Source of the DNA: Octopus vulgaris
Lineage: Eukaryota
NCBI GenBank assembly: GCA_951406725.2
Contig: OX597817.1
Span: forward strand, 52,824,001 to 52,888,000
Direction: 5' to 3'
DNA length: 64,000 nt
The notes beneath the pieces are model-generated. The model saw nothing but the letters and a program-made list of their open reading frames with translations. It ran no database searches and was not told the DNA's origin. The position numbers were made by a program, and so were the translations under genes. Below, piece by piece: positions 39,031 through 53,670 of the stretch; the first letter of the stretch is position 1; the number at the start of each line of letters is the position of its first letter.

Positions 39031-39073
39031 ACCTTAATCGATTTTTGAACCTTATTGGGTTCTCATCAGAGGC
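39031..39073 (-). ncRNA. Minimal hammerhead motif with a single core substitution
   Basis: GCCT CTGATGA GAACC caataa GGTTC AAAA ATCGAT TA AGGT. Stems I and II and palindromic AATCGATT are intact; GAAA has become AAAA. Confidence 0.65.
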
Positions 39074-41318
39074 GTAGTGGTTCAAACATGAAAAATAGAA
39101 CTCATGTTGAGTCAGGCTCAAATAATAAGTATAGATTTATTGATCGGCGAAAGTTACATAGTGACTGAAGGTTCGAGAGTTTCGTGCAGAGGCACTTATC
39201 AAACTAATTAAATCAGTGTTTTCTATATAAAACGAAAAAGCAGGACAGTATCGGAAACAAATATGACGCAGATACTATTTTATATATACGCAGGAAGACT
39301 TTTGATTGATAAATACGACAGAATTAAGGCAAGATAAAAAATGAAAGTCGTCAATATATAAGGCATTCTGCCTAAACTATGTCTTTAAGATATGATTTGT
39401 TAGTAGAAACGCGAAAAGTAAACTATTTCCTAAGGAACTCAAGAGAAGGATAAAAAGAGCAGAGAGAGAGGAATAAAGACAAAAGGAAAGTAAAGATTGA
39501 ATGAAAAATGAAAAGGAGAATCAAGGTTGAAGTGAATGCTAGACTGGAGTTGTAAAAAAAAAAAGGCACTTACCCAGCCAGTGGTCAAGCAGATAATGGT
39601 ATGGGATATTGAATGGTCGTTTTGCACCAAAAAGGTGGATGCGGGGAAGACCCATTGACGTGGGAGTGCAGGTAGAAAGAAAGAGGAAGTGTAGAGAAAG
39701 AAGGCAATAAAGGTAGACAGGAGGTGGTTAACAGTGATAAAGACAGGAAGAAATGAAAGGTAGTAAAGAGAGAAAAGATGTGTAGAGAGAAAGAACGGTA
39801 GAAATAGATAGGGAATGTTTTACAGAGAAGAGGATAGGAAAGGTAGAAACCGGAGACAATGTCCACCAAATGTTGAAAGCAGTATGGGGTACCACTGAGT
39901 AAGAATAGAAGCGGATGTGTGGCTTTACAAATTTATTTGGTAATTTTGGTTTGCAATTAATTATAGTTAAATGTTTCCTTTCAAAGTTTTTACTTTCAAA
40001 TAATTTTTTCATGCACATTTTGGACCTAACAACCTATATGAGAAAATCGTTTTGACTGAAAGAATTTTGAAAGGGTTTATTTGTAGACTGGGGTCAAATG
40101 GTAGAATCCATTCAACCATGTTTTAAGTCTTTAGCAACACCAATTACAAAGAACTTGGGAGTGGTACTGAAAGATGGAGAGAAGTATTGACAGACAGAAA
40201 GAGAGAGTGACACATTTTAACTGGGTGACAGCTGTCTTCAATAATTCAAGTAATGCTATATATTCAAAATTAACCATACATGCTGGTTTTGTTGTTGTTA
40301 TTGTTGCTGCTACTGTTCTTATTGTCACTTATTTTTTTGTATTCTGACACTACTTTCCTTCAGAAGTTAGTGGTCATAAACTCCCTAGGGAATTTTATGC
40401 CAGCTTCATCACTTTCATTTATTTATTTTTTGTTTTGAAACGAGATCGAACTTAAGCATTTTATACCGATAGATTTTAGACACATTTTTTCTGAAACTGG
40501 TCAGATTATGTAGGGGGTGCAAATTTTGATCTTGCACCCACTGAAAATTCTAGGGAGTGCAGGTGCACCCACTGCACCCCCTGTTTCCAGGCCCTTGATA
40601 TGGGTACAAGACATAAAAAAACGTGGACAGAGTGAGAAACAAGAATATAGAAAAACAAATACTTAGAAAACAAACTTTTTTCAAATAACAAAAGAAACAA
40701 ACAAACAGAGAAATGTACATACATGTACATATATGTATATATGTGCATAGTGTTCATGTCTTAATGTCTTAATAACTGATAAGGATATGTATAAAGACCC
40801 AACAAATAACGTAAGTTCATGGCTGTTTCCTGCACCAGCTTCCCATAGAAGCCCTAGTCCATCCAAAGTACCTTGGATCACAGAACGGCCTGCTGTGCTT
40901 ACCTTGGATTGTAGGGCAACCTGCTGTGCTTGAGTAGACCTAATGAGTCAAGTACATCAACATAAAAAAAATCAAATGGAAATTGTAGCTGTGATACCAG
41001 TGCTGGTGGCACGTAAAAAGCACCATCCAAACGTGGTTGATGCCAGCGCAGCCTCGACTGGCTTCCATGCTGGTAGCATGTAAAAAGAACCAACCAATCG
41101 TGGCTGTTTGCCAGCCTCCCCTGGCACCTATGCCGGTGGCACGTAAAAAGCACCCACTACACTCACGGAGTGGTTGGCATTAGGAAGGGCATCCTGCTGT
41201 AGAAACACTGCCAGATCAGACTGGAGCCTGGTGCAGCCTCCTGGCTTCCCAGACCCTGGTCAAACTGTTAAACCCATGCTAGTATGGAAAACGGACGTTA
41301 AACGATGATGATGATATA

Positions 41319-41378
41319 TACTGAAGAGAGAAGTAAGTAAATTTCAAATCACTTTAATCTCGAAACGTGTGTATAGTT
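41319..41378 (+). ncRNA. Minimal hammerhead-like motif, 5' arm of stem I truncated
   Basis: CTGAAGA GAGA...TCTC GAAA CGTGT GTA TAG, directly after an RTE (GAT)n tail. Confidence 0.45.
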
Positions 41379-41989
41379 AATCCTGGTCGTGTTGTTTCAT
41401 TGTTTTTCTCTTTGCCATTATAAAAAAGTATGTTACCGTCATGGAGATTCTTATAGTAGTAGAAAAGGAATTTTAACTCCTATTTCTAAATTTGGTATGT
41501 GGTGAAACAATTAGCTGAACCCTAATTATAATAATGTTTATAATTATAAAATATTTGTATAATTTTACCTATAAAGGTTATTTTAATGTGCCGATCTACT
41601 TGGTGAAATTATTAATAAATTGATTGATTAATTAATTAATTCAATTGATTAATTTTTACCCTGTTATTATTAATTACATTATATATATATATAAAATATT
41701 AAGTTTGTTATAGAAAGTATGGCTATTTACGGAGTGCTCATAGAAAGCCAATGTGAAAAAATACAGAGTAAAGGAAATTGAAAACGCAAACCATAGGCAG
41801 TCAACCAGATTCCTGAATGCATAAATGAAGATATTCAATCAGTATAATTGATTCATATATATTTATACACATCAATATAAATCATGCACATACAGGCGTA
41901 AAGATTCTCCAATCATACATAGAAATATCGAAGAAATATAAAAACATAAAAATGCATATAAAATTACATATCAGTAAAGATTACATGTA

Positions 41990-42550
41990 TAAGATTATAT
42001 GCAGCAAGGTTGACTTGGCCCGCGAAATGTGCTCCTGGATTCTGAGAACTTTCCAGTCTAGAGATGCCTACACTATCATCTTTCTCTACTCTACTTTTGC
42101 CCAACCTCACCTTGAATACTGTTGCCCACTGTGGTCCCCCCATATGAAGCAACTCATTATGAAAGTAGAAACACTCCAGATCTCTATAACAAGAAAGATA
42201 GACAGCATGAGAGGCATTGACTATTGGGGTTGACTAAAAAACTCAATCTCTACTCTCTCCAACACCACCGGGAGCGCTACATCACTTGTGTTTTGTGGAA
42301 AATATTCCATCAATATTGCACAAATGATGTTGGCATCAATTTTAAAATCCATCCAAGACTTGACCCCTGTGCTATCCGCCCACTACAAAAATTGAACTCG
42401 GTACACATAGTAACGTAATGTCACGATTACTTTATTTCAACCAATCTAGCTCTCTTTAATGCCATACCAAATGTTCACCGGACAAATTTCTTCAAAAGAT
42501 CCAAGGCCAACCTCCCACACCTAGATATGTCTCCAACAATAATAACTCAT
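41990..42550 (+). pseudogene. CR1/Jockey-group LINE ORF2 C-terminal fragment
   Basis: CSWILRTFQSRD...LYSTFAQPHLEYCCPLWSPH...IDYWG*LKKLNLYSLQHHRERY. Confidence 0.88.
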
Positions 42551-45500
42551 GACTGTGTGATAAGAAGCTTGCTTCCCAACCACATGGTTTCAGGTTCAGT
42601 CCCACTGTGTGGCACCTTGGGCAAGTGTCTTCTACTATAGCCTCAGGCCAAACAATGTTGGTGTGTTTATGTCTCTGTAACTTAGTGGTTTGGCCCATAT
42701 ATGACTAAAAGACTTCACCAGGTGGTGCTATTAAGTTAGACATAGCCTGGACCTATACTGGCCGAAACCTATGAAAGTTATCAAAGTTGTGTATATACAA
42801 AATATATATAGTTAAATAAGATTGAGGTAAAAACCTTGTTAGAAAGTAATGCAAAGCTCATCCACAGTTATTGGTTACCTAATGTCATCATACAGTGGAA
42901 ATGCTCCTGCTGCTGGATATACATCAGAGATTCCATTGTATCCATAGAGACAAATAATGAAAAATGGAATTAATGACATATATATAGTACCACATAAAAA
43001 GCACCCATGTTGGTGTCACATAAAACGCACCAGTGCTGATGTCGCATAAAAAGCATCCTTGCTGGTGGACATGTGGAAAGTATCCAGTCCACTCTGTAAA
43101 GTGGTTGGCCTCCAGCCATAGAAACCATGTCAAAACAGACAATCGGCGCCTGTTGTAGGCCTCCAGCTGGCCAGCTCCAGTCAAACTGTCCAACCCATGC
43201 CAGCATGGAAAGCAAACATTAAATGATGAGGAGGATATTGTTTTATTCTATTCTTTTACTTTTTTACTTGTTTCAGTCATTTTTGACTGTGGCTATGCTG
43301 GAGCATTGCCTTTTTAGTCAAACAAATTGACCCCAGGACTTATTCTTTGTACGCTTGGTACTTATTATAGCAGTCTCAAGAGAAGTTTATTTGATATTGA
43401 CAGCCAAACATTTCCCATTGCTGTTAATGACTAGAGGCTGTCGAGAATGCATGGGATAAAGTACAGCTCCAAGTACATGTTAATCAAACAGCGGAACCAG
43501 GACTTTAAGTTGACAGTAGTGTCATAGCAGTTAAGGACATGATAGTCACCCAAAGGTGCAGGCATGGATAAGAAGTTTGCCTCCTAACCATGAGCTAGCA
43601 GAGTCGTTAGTGCGCTGGGTGAAATGCTTAGCGGTATTTCGTCTGCCACTACATTCTGAGTTCAAATTCTGCTGAGGTCGACTTATCTTTTCATCCTTTC
43701 GGGGTTGATAAATTAAGTACTAGTTAGGCACTTGAGTCAATGTAATCAACTTAATCCCTTTCTCTGTCCTTGTTTGTCCCCTCTATGTTCAGCCCCTTGT
43801 GGGCAATAAAGAAACAAATATATAACACCACAGTAAGGTGACGAGCTAGCAGAATCATTTGCATGCTGGCAAACTGCTGAGCAGTATTTTGTCCATCTTT
43901 ATATTCTGAGTTCAAATTCCATTGAGGTTGACTTTGCCTTTCATCCTTTGGGGCCTGATAAAATAAGTACCAGTTGAGTACTGAGGTTTATATAATCAAC
44001 TTGAGAAGAAGACCCATCAAGCTGAGCAAAATTGCGGTTGTGGCAGATACCAGTGTCATGCAAATTGGCAGCCATGTTGGTGGCACATAAAAAGCACCCT
44101 GGTGTCACACAAATAGCACCCATGCTGGTGGCATGTAAAAGCACCCCAGTGTCAAGCAAATGGCATCCATGCTGGTGGCACGTAAAAGCACCCATTACAC
44201 TCTCAGATTGGTTGGTGTCAGGAAAGGCATCCAGCTGTAGAAAATCATGTCAAATCAGACTGGAGTCTGGTGCAGCCCATCAGCTTACTAGCCCAGTCAA
44301 ATGGTTCAACCCATGCCAGCATGGACAATGGACGTTAAATGATGATGATGAACTTATGCTTTCCCCAAAATTACTGGCCTTGTGTCAATATGGGAAACTG
44401 ATAGATGACATCACAGAAAGCAGCAAGCTGGCAGAATCATTAGCAAGCCAGACAAAATGGTTAGCAGCCTGTCACCTGCCTTTATGTTCTGAGTTCAAGT
44501 GCTGTCAAGGTTGACTGTGCCTTTCATCCAGTAATAAGTACCAGTTGCATACTGGGGTCGATCTAATCAACTGGCTCCCTCCCCCAAAATTTTGGGCCCT
44601 GTGCCTAGAGTAGAAAAGAATATAGAGCACCAGGGTACCTGAAGTAAAAATGAGTCTGAGGAAACAAATGGTTGGCATCAGCAAGAATTATAAAGTGAAG
44701 ATTGTGAATTTGGATATGGTCACATGTAATGAGGATGGGGAAGGGGAGAAATCAAGGACAGACTCAGACCAGATCTTTCTCTCAGATGAAGGATCAGACC
44801 TCAAAATGTCTGCTTCTCTCTGCATCATACAAACTTTTAAACTCACTAACTTCGTTATATTTTTCATGAGGGGAAATTAGTTGCTACTTCTAGTAGGTCA
44901 CTTGATCATGTAGAGGCTTCCTCACTGACTTGGTCATCTTGTTGTTGACGCAGTCTGTTCAGTCATGTGTGACTGGAGCATTTTGTTTACCCAACATGCA
45001 TTACTGAATCGATGTATATTTATATTTACGCACCATGAACGGTAGATATAGGAAGAGAGGAGAACTGAGTGACAAAGTACATATACACTCACATCCACAC
45101 CCACATAATCACACCCACACACATACTTACCCTCGCATACACCCGCACAATTTACACATATTTTATGTTAAAACATGTGCATGTGTCAAACTGAAAAAAT
45201 ATGAAAAAGACAAAACAAATACATAATGACAACCACTTAATTAATTATTTATCTTTCCTTCGTTTACTTCTCTTTCTGATTATAGCTTTATTTTTCTTTT
45301 CAGTTTGTTTTAGCTATTTTTTATATTTATTTTTAGTTATGTTAAAAAAAATATGTTTTGGCTGTTTAATCCTTTGATTAATGCTGGATTAGCATCAATT
45401 CTTACTCTGTCATGATATACAGAGATTAGTAAATCATAAGACATCGACCAGATAATCCATGGACAGATTTGAAATTACATCAGTGTGACACAATAGAAAA

Positions 45501-45587
45501 AATAAATAACAGATAGGAGCTTATTTTCGTAGATCATATTTCTAACTTATCGACCTGGTGTGTCTAAGGGACCCTAATGGGATCTTG

Positions 45588-45917
45588 TAAGGGCGTGTGG
45601 CTTCGTGGTTAGGGCATTCGGCATATGATCATAAGGTTGTGAGTTCGATTCCTGCTGACACGTTGTGTCCTTGAGAAAGACACTTTATTTCACGTTGCTC
45701 CAGTCCACTCAGCTGGCAAAAATGAGTAGTGCCTGTATTTCAAAAAAGGGCCAGCCTTGTTACACTCTGTGTCACGCTGAATCTCCTTGCGATCTACGTT
45801 AAGGGTACATGTGTCTGTGGAATGCTCTGTCACTTGCACGGTAATTTCACAAGCAAGCTGTTCCGTTGATCGTATCAGCTGGGACCTTCGTCATTGTAAC
45901 CGACAAAGTGCTCCTAT
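45588..45917 (+). mobile_element. tRNA-derived SINE family 5 with a 15-bp TSD
   Basis: TSD CCTAATGGGATCTTG at 45573-45587 and 45918-45932. Head TGGCTTCGTGGTTAGG...GAGTTCGATTCC. Related copies lie at about 50195 (+) and 57545-57840 (-). Confidence 0.88.
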
Positions 45918-47431
45918 CCTAATGGGATCTTGATGCTATTCTTATTCTCAGAGATTATATAGTCATTCCAGGGTTCTTATAATTGTCCTTGTTAGGTAAG
46001 GTGGTGAGGTGGCAGAATTGTTAATGTGCAATGCAAAATGCTTAATGGCATTTCCTCTATCTTTAAATTCTGAGATCAAATTCCACCAAGTTCACCTTTA
46101 CCTTTCATCCTTTTGGGGTTGATAAACTAAGTATCTGTTGAGTACAGGGTTTGATGTAGTCAGCTACTACCAAATTTCAAGCCTTATGCTTAAAGTAGAA
46201 AGGGTTACTACTACTATTATTATTATTATTGTTATTATTATTACTAAGGCGATGAGCTGGCAAAATCGTTAGTGTGCCGGACAAAATGCTTAGAAGTATT
46301 TTGCCCGTCACTAAGTTCTGAGTTCAAATTCCCCCGAGGTCGACTTTGCTTTCATCCTTTCACAGGGTTGATAAATTAAGTACCGGTCGAATACTGGGGT
46401 CGATATAATCGACTCAACCCCTCCCCCAAAATTGCTGCCGTTGTGGAAAAATTTGAAGCCATTATTATTATTATTATTATTATTATCATTATTATTATTA
46501 CTATAACAGTCAAGCAATAAATTTTCTCTGCAGTCATCTGTGGAATGCACATTCTATTAATTACTGGATGTGCATTTTCTTGTATACATTTCGCATACCA
46601 ACTGAACAATTGTTTTTCACAAATGGACGGGATTAAAATAATGAGATGCTGGGCAACCGGCAGAAACTTAATTAAAGGAAACACAAAAGAATGGCTGTAA
46701 CTGAGGATGCACACAAAGGGACTGTATTTCACAGTATCTAATATAAATTTATGTTCATGTACATGGCTGTGCAAATATATAATAATAATAATAACAATAA
46801 TATTGGAGAATATTATTCCAAACTTACAGGGAAAAATTCAATTTAGTAATACTAAATTAATTATATCATTGTTATTTCCTTGTTGAATTGATAAAAGGTT
46901 GGTTCTTCTCTAATATATATACATATATATTTATTTTTACTTGTTTCAGTCATTTGACAGCGGCCATGCCGGAGCACCACCTTTAGTTGAACACATCGAC
47001 CCCAGGACTTATTCTTTGTAAGCCTAGTACTTATTCTATCGGTCTCTTTTGCCAAACTGCTAAGTTACAGGGACATAAAACATATTGCCTACAACATGAT
47101 GAAAAGTGCTGCCACTTTAAAAGTGCCACCCTGGGCAGACTGCCCCTACTTTGCTATGCTAGTGCCTACAGAGAGAGGCTGACAGAAAAACAGAGAGACA
47201 TATAAAAACAGATTCTTTTATTCTCTTTCCTTTTCTTTTACTTGTTTCAGTCATTTGACTGCAGCCATGCTAGAGCACCACCTTTTAGTTGAACAAATTG
47301 ACCCAGGACTTATTCATTGTAAGCCTAGTACTTATTTTATCAGTCTCTTTTTGATAAACTGCTAAGTTATGGGGATGTAAATACACCAGCATTGCAGTTC
47401 AAGCGATTTGGGGGGGGGGGGACACAAACAC

Positions 47432-47464
<33 letters not shown>

Positions 47465-47477
<13 letters not shown>

Positions 47478-47947
47478 AAATAATAATAATGAAATTATTG
47501 TATACAGTGCTCAGGTGCACCACAACTTGTCAGAAAGTGCATATAAAATACATGCAGTGATGTAGAAATGTCTGGAAAGCGAACAATGTATGAGTCAGAT
47601 ACATGCTTGTGTGTGTATGGAGGGGAGAAAATCAAGTGTAGTGTTGGTGAATCTCAGGAAGCATGGAAGTTTTGAAGGATGCAGTGCTCCGACAACTAAC
47701 AACCGATGCCAGCAGTTTGTTCCATGCTTCAGCAACTCTCAGCGTGAAAAAATGTTTCCTGAAGTCATGGGAGCTGTGCTGTTTTCTTACTTTGTAAATA
47801 TGTCCACGGGTGTTAGATGGGTAGAGTTTGAAGAGGTGCTCAGAGTTATTGTTTGTGCGATGGTTGATAATTTTATGGGTGTCTGCCAAGTCAGCTGCCA
47901 GACGTCGGAGTTTCAATGTGTCCATGCCCAGGGAAGTAAGGCGTTCA

Positions 47948-47950
<3 letters not shown>
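47465..47950 (-). mobile_element. CR1-group LINE 3' end nested in the central microsatellite of a family-1 SINE (47232-48150)
   Basis: YPERLTSLGMDTLKLRRLAADL...NTRGHIYKV...RKHFFTLRVAEAWNKL...SFK, followed by the 3' UTR and an (ATT)n tail. Confidence 0.88.
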
Positions 47951-47991
<41 letters not shown>

Positions 47992-50900
47992 GGCTTCTTT
48001 CTGTTTCTGTCTTCCAAATCCACTCACAATGCTTTGGTTGGCCTGAGGCTATAGTAGAAGACACTTGCCCAAGGTGCCATGCAGTGGGACTGAACCCAGA
48101 ACCAAGTGGTTGGTAAGCAAGCTACTTACCACATAGCCACTCCTGTGCCTATCTGTAAAAAGACAGACAAATATATACTGTAGATAGATAAATATATTGA
48201 TGAATAATATATCGTTTGGGTAATTGATATCTATCATCTATCTATTCATGTATGTACATATGTATGTATGTATCTATCTATCTCCAATCGCTCATCAACT
48301 TTTTCAAGTACCACTTGGAAAGGAAGGTGAGAATGGAGAGACAGGTTTTGTTTTGTGAAAGTTTTAAAAAAATGTGGGCGAATGTAGCAAAGATGGTGCG
48401 TGTGAGCAATGAAACCACTTTGAGCATGATCCTGTAAATCGTAAAAAGAGAGAGAGAGAGAGCACTTTGCTCTCATCTGTTTATTTTCCTCCCTGCCTGA
48501 GGTTACCGTAGTCTTTTCCGTAGGCTTTCCTTTCCACGGATAAACCTAATCTTGCTTCTTATTTTAAAAAAATTTCTTCTGTGATACATAATCCCTTTTG
48601 ATCGCTTTTTTTTTTCCCAATCCCTTGTGATTGGAATTTTACTTTTTTTCTCTTTTTTTTTTCCTTTTTTCATATTTGAAAAGAAAAGCTCTACATTTGT
48701 ATTTGTCCCCTCTGTGTTCAGCCCTGTATGGCCAATAAAGAAAGTTATCTGTCTGTCTGTCTGTCTGTGTATGTATGTATGTATGTATGTATGTACGTAT
48801 GCATGTATGTATGTACGTATGCATGTATGTATGTATCTATCTAACAATCTATCTATCTATCTCTAGCTATTTATCTTTTTATCTATCTGTCTGTCTAATT
48901 ATCAATCTGTCTGTCTGTCCATCCACCTGTCCCTCCAATCAACAATACAGACATCCACCTCTTTGGTTGGAGATATTTTTGGCAAAACACTTCATCTATT
49001 CATCTAGAACTATATTTCTGTTTGGTCAATTAATAGACACACACACACGCAACACATGACCCACACACACAAACTCACTAACATAGTTAAGTGCACACAC
49101 GCACATATACATACACAAGCACAGAGACAGACAGACTCACACACACACAAACATAGTTACACCTACACACGCACACATGCTCACATAGAGAAATACATTC
49201 CCACACAGACACAGGCACACACACAAGCACACATTCACAGAGACATACACACACACACACAAACATTGTTACACATACACACGCACACATACACACATGA
49301 CTGCACACAGACACAAACATGCACACACACACACAAGCACATGTTCACAGACAGATACACACACACACACAGATACACACACAAGCACAAGTTCACACAC
49401 ACACACTTGCCCATGCATCAATGAACATATATTCAGCAATTTATAAAGTCAATTACAGTTTAATATCCATCTCTGCTTATCCACCTCTTTGATCTCTTTC
49501 ATTGATCTTCACTCTATATTGGCAATTAACACACACTACATAGATTTTTGCATTACAATACAACAAAACAACTTTATTACATTAAGTTTACAGAGAACCC
49601 AGGGCTCACCCTGTTTCCCTGTAACTTAATACAACAAAGTGTTCCCTGATGTTTCGTTCAGATTATGCATCCAAAAGCACTTGGAATACCTAATATAGGG
49701 TTCCAAGCAACCATAGAGGTGAAACATGTAGGAACTATTATCATAAATAGTCTAACCCATGCCACCATAAAAAAGGGGATGTTAAATGATGATGATGATA
49801 ATGGAGAGGAGTGACAACTGGATGAAATCTCCAAATAGTTTAAATGCAGAAATTTCTGGTATCCAAGTGGTTGTTTAGCGTCAGCAGAAAGGGTACCCAG
49901 GACCCATGGCCTGGATGTGGCAGTTTGCTTTTGTGTGTGATACATGTATACACACTTACTATATATACATGTGTGTGTGTGTGCATGTGCGTGTGTGAGT
50001 GCATGTGTGAGGGTGTGTGTGATACATGTATACACACTTACTATATATACACGTGTGTGTGTGTGCATGTGCGTGTGTGAGTGCATGTGTGAGGGTGTGT
50101 GTGTGTGAGAGTGTGTGCGTGCATGTGAGTGTGTGTGAGTGTGTTTGTGTGTATGTGTGTTTGTGTATGCATGAGTGAGTGTGTGTATGTGAGAGTGGTA
50201 AGGGTGTTGGACTTATGATTATAAGATTGTGGTTTTGATTGCTGGAATGGGCAATGCATTGTGTTCTTGAGCAAGACACTTCACATTGCTCCAGTCCTCT
50301 CAACTGGCAAAAATGAATAATCAGGTGACAGATTAACATCCCATCCAAATGGAGAATTTATATGTCATAGAAACCGGGAAACTGGCCCTTATGAGTCAGC
50401 ATAACTCAATAAGGTAACTTTACCTTTTTTGCCTTACCTGGTCCCCTTAGAATGTAAGAAGTTAAGGGCTGAGAGACAAACCTGAGATTTCTTCTCTGAA
50501 GACTTCTGCTGTTCAGCTCTCTGCAGAGTTTCTTACCATGAGAGACACACACACACACATTAATCCCTTGACTATCGTAGATGTTATGTTCCTGTAAACA
50601 TGTTACCAAACTCAACCATGCAATGTTCATTTATGTAGCATTTTCAATTTTCACAAAAAATAAAATACATTAGCAAACAGGAGGCGCAGGAGTGGCTGTG
50701 TGGTAAGTAGCTTGTAATCGACTATCCTCTTCTTCCAAATTTCAGGCCTTGTGCCTATAATAGAAAGGGTTATTGGAAAGACAGAATATGTACCGACCTA
50801 CCTGGATCAAAGGGTGGCTGAGCATAGATCCTTGGGGAAAAAATGGAATTCCAAAATTCACATATATTTGTGGTAATGAAAATATTCAAAACATTCTTGG

Positions 50901-51696
50901 AGTGTTATGAAGGACATGAGAGAAAAGAAGAAACCAGATAGTCTTGTGTTCTTCGATCTTTCTTCATAAACTTGACATTATTTCAGTTAAGTTACAGGAA
51001 ACAGGCACTAAAAATAGAATCAAGAAAACAATACAACCAGGGCATACCATCACAAAACTCAAATTACATTATTCATTAACCATTAATCACCACTTCCTCC
51101 ACTAACTAAAACAAGGAAAAAAAATAATAAATGCTATTATTGTTAAACTTTGTTGGTTCCAAGATATGAAGACTTTAGTAAACATTGGCAGAGATTGATA
51201 TCACAGTACTGCAATGAGGTTACAGACTTTTCAAAACATTGGAATATTTTTGCCAAATTTTGACAAAAGACAGTAAATGGTCATTCTTACTAGAATCAAT
51301 GGAAAATATTGTAGTTCATTGGAAATCGGATGTGATTGTGGATATTTGGTGTGTGTGTGTAAATGTATGTTTGTATGGATATATGTATGTGTGTGTGCAT
51401 ATGTGATAGAGGTGGGTGGGTGGGTGTTTGAGTGTGTATACGAGGTCTGGTCAAAAAGTATTGGGACTGTTGCTATGGTAACAGAGCTAAAGTAAATAGA
51501 GTGAAGTCACTTGTCACAGACTGGCCCCGAACTCTGTCACACACACACACACACACACACACTAAATTAGTGTTAACTTTATGTGTGTCTGTGGAGTACT
51601 CAGCCACTTGTACATTAATTTCATGAGTAGGCTGTTCCGTTGATTGGACCACCTGGAATCCTTGCCATCGTAACTGATGGAGCGCCACTTTATATA

Positions 51697-52117
51697 AACA
51701 AGCTCCGACATCTGGCAACTGATTTAGTAAACACCTACAGAATTATTAACCATCGTGTCAACAACCACGTTGAGCACCTTTTTGAGCTCCATGTGTCTAT
51801 GCCTACAAAGTCAGAAAACAGCACAGTTTCCATGGCTTTCGGAAACATTTTTTCACACTCTGAAGCATGGAACAAACTACCTGCATCTGTTGTTAGTTGC
51901 CAAGACATTGCATCCTTTAAAACCTCCATGCTTCCTGAAATTTGCCAACACTACACATGATATCCCCCTCCCCATATGCATGCACACATGTATATCATGA
52001 TTCATACACTGTTCGCTTTCCTGATTTGTGTACATAATTCTATGTACTGCACATGCACCTTTGATGAGTTGTAGTGCACCTGAGCACTATACACAATAAT
52101 TTCATTCTTATTATTAT
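51697..52117 (+). mobile_element. Second copy of the same CR1-group LINE 3' end
   Basis: KLRHLATDLVNTYRIINHR...EAWNKLPASVVSC..IASFKTSMLPEICQHYT with the same 3' UTR as the copy at 47465-47950. Confidence 0.85.
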
Positions 52118-52121
52118 AACA

Positions 52122-52546
52122 TAGGCACAGGAGTGACTGTGTGGTAAGTAGCTTGCTTATGAACCACATGGTTCCGGGTTCAGTCCCAGTGCGTGGCACT
52201 TTGGGCAAGTGTCTTCTACTATAGCCTCGGGCCGACCAAAGCCTTGTGAGTGGATTTGGTAGACGGAAACTGAAAGAAGCTCGTCGTATATATATAATGA
52301 GGATAATATATATGTGTATGTGTGTGTGTGTGTGTGTGTATATGTTTGTGTATCAGTGTTTGTCCCTCACCAACATCGCTTGACAACCGTTGCTGGTGTG
52401 TTTACGTCCCCGTAACTTAGCGGTTCAGCAAGCGAGACCGATAGAATAAGTACTAGGCTTACAAAGAATAAGTCCTGGGGCAATTTGCTCGACTAAAGGT
52501 GGTGCTCCAGCATGGCCGCAGTCAAATGACTGAAACAGATAAAAGA
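52122..52546 (+). mobile_element. SINE family 1, complete
   Basis: AGGCACAGGAGTGACTGTGTGGTAAG head, GGTTCAGTCCC B-box-like motif, central microsatellite, and tail ...ATGACTGAAACAGATAAAAGA. Confidence 0.9.
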
Positions 52547-53358
52547 AATGTTAGCATGCTGAGGTGAATGCTTAGCAGTATTTCGGCTGTCTTTACATTC
52601 TGAGTTCAAATTCCACTGGGGTCAATAAATTAAGTACCAGTTATGTACTGGGGATGATCTAATCAACTGGCTCCCTCCCCGAGAATTTCAGGCCTTGTGC
52701 TTAGAGTAGAAAAGATTATTATAACATATTGTTTCCCTTCTACTGCATAAAGAGCATTGAGTTTGGGAACAATTCTTTGAAACCTTATTTGAAGAAGAAA
52801 AGCATTGTTATCGTTCATTGTTTGAGAATTTCTGTGTTTCCACACAATGGTAGCTATGATTCTGAAGAATTATTTTTTTTAATATGAAAGAAAGAAATTG
52901 TTGTATACATTTTTGTCCCTGACTTCTGCACCTTTTTGTTCCCTTTGAATTATGGACAGCTTTTTCAAAACTCCACTGCAAAATGTTGATTGAATGAGGA
53001 ATTTATACGTGATGTGATACGCTACATTTTAATAAGACAAATGTATGGATTGTGGCAGATCTTTGGAATTGAAGAGAGAAATGACATAAAATATGATTTG
53101 TTGGATATATGAATACAGGTGGAATGAGAGCAGCTGAGTATTAAAGGTATAAAGGGTGTCAGGTGGAGTGTGTAGGAGATGTAAATGGATGATGAGTAAT
53201 GGGTGAAGAGAACTGCGGAGAGCTGGGAAAAGATATGCATGAGAGAGAAACAGTGAGAAAGATATGACAAATCTCCCTTGAATCACATCTGTTCACCTTT
53301 GATACAACAATACCCAGACATTGCTTGGAACCTCTGCCACTTCATGAATAAATAGCAA

Positions 53359-53399
<41 letters not shown>

Positions 53400-53418
53400 C
53401 ACCACACACACACACAAG

Positions 53419-53670
53419 ATGAAGATCAGTGTAAAAGAGAACACCTATGCTGAACTATTGAAAAATCTGCACTTATTCTATCCAGATTACAAGTTCAGGT
53501 TTATACTTGTAATTATTGGGGCCCTGGGATATATAACACTTCCTAAATACCAATCTTGAGAAAGTTGGCTTCTCGAAACCAGAAAGGAGAAAATTAATTT
53601 GAAGACTACAGATCCAATCCATCACTGGAACTGTAAAAATCTGTAAAACTTTACAGAAGTTTATCATTTA
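53419..53670 (+). pseudogene. C-terminus of an RLE-type (R4/Dong-like) non-LTR retrotransposon ORF
   Basis: KENTYAELLKNLHLFYPDYKFRFILVIIGALG(fs)LNTNLEKVGF...RLQIQSITGTVKICKT resembles the K..KY..L...IIGALG...LQ....GT.KI end of restriction-like endonuclease elements. Confidence 0.7.

Larger units (their letters stand above)
38210..40597. mobile_element. Non-autonomous hAT-like element (about 2.4 kb) with a perfect 8-bp TSD
   Basis: TSD ATATGGGT at 38202-38209 and 40598-40605. Imperfect termini CAGTGGCCCGGGAAC and GTTTCCAGGCCCTTG. AGGGGGTGCA subterminal motifs occur near both ends. Confidence 0.75.

Noticed and set aside
49933-50100. Tandem duplication of about 82 bp
   Set aside because: It lies within a (GT)n-rich tract and is ordinary slippage with no further structure.
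53020-53340. Possible degenerate RTE ORF fragment
   Set aside because: Only faint resemblance; too decayed to support a call.
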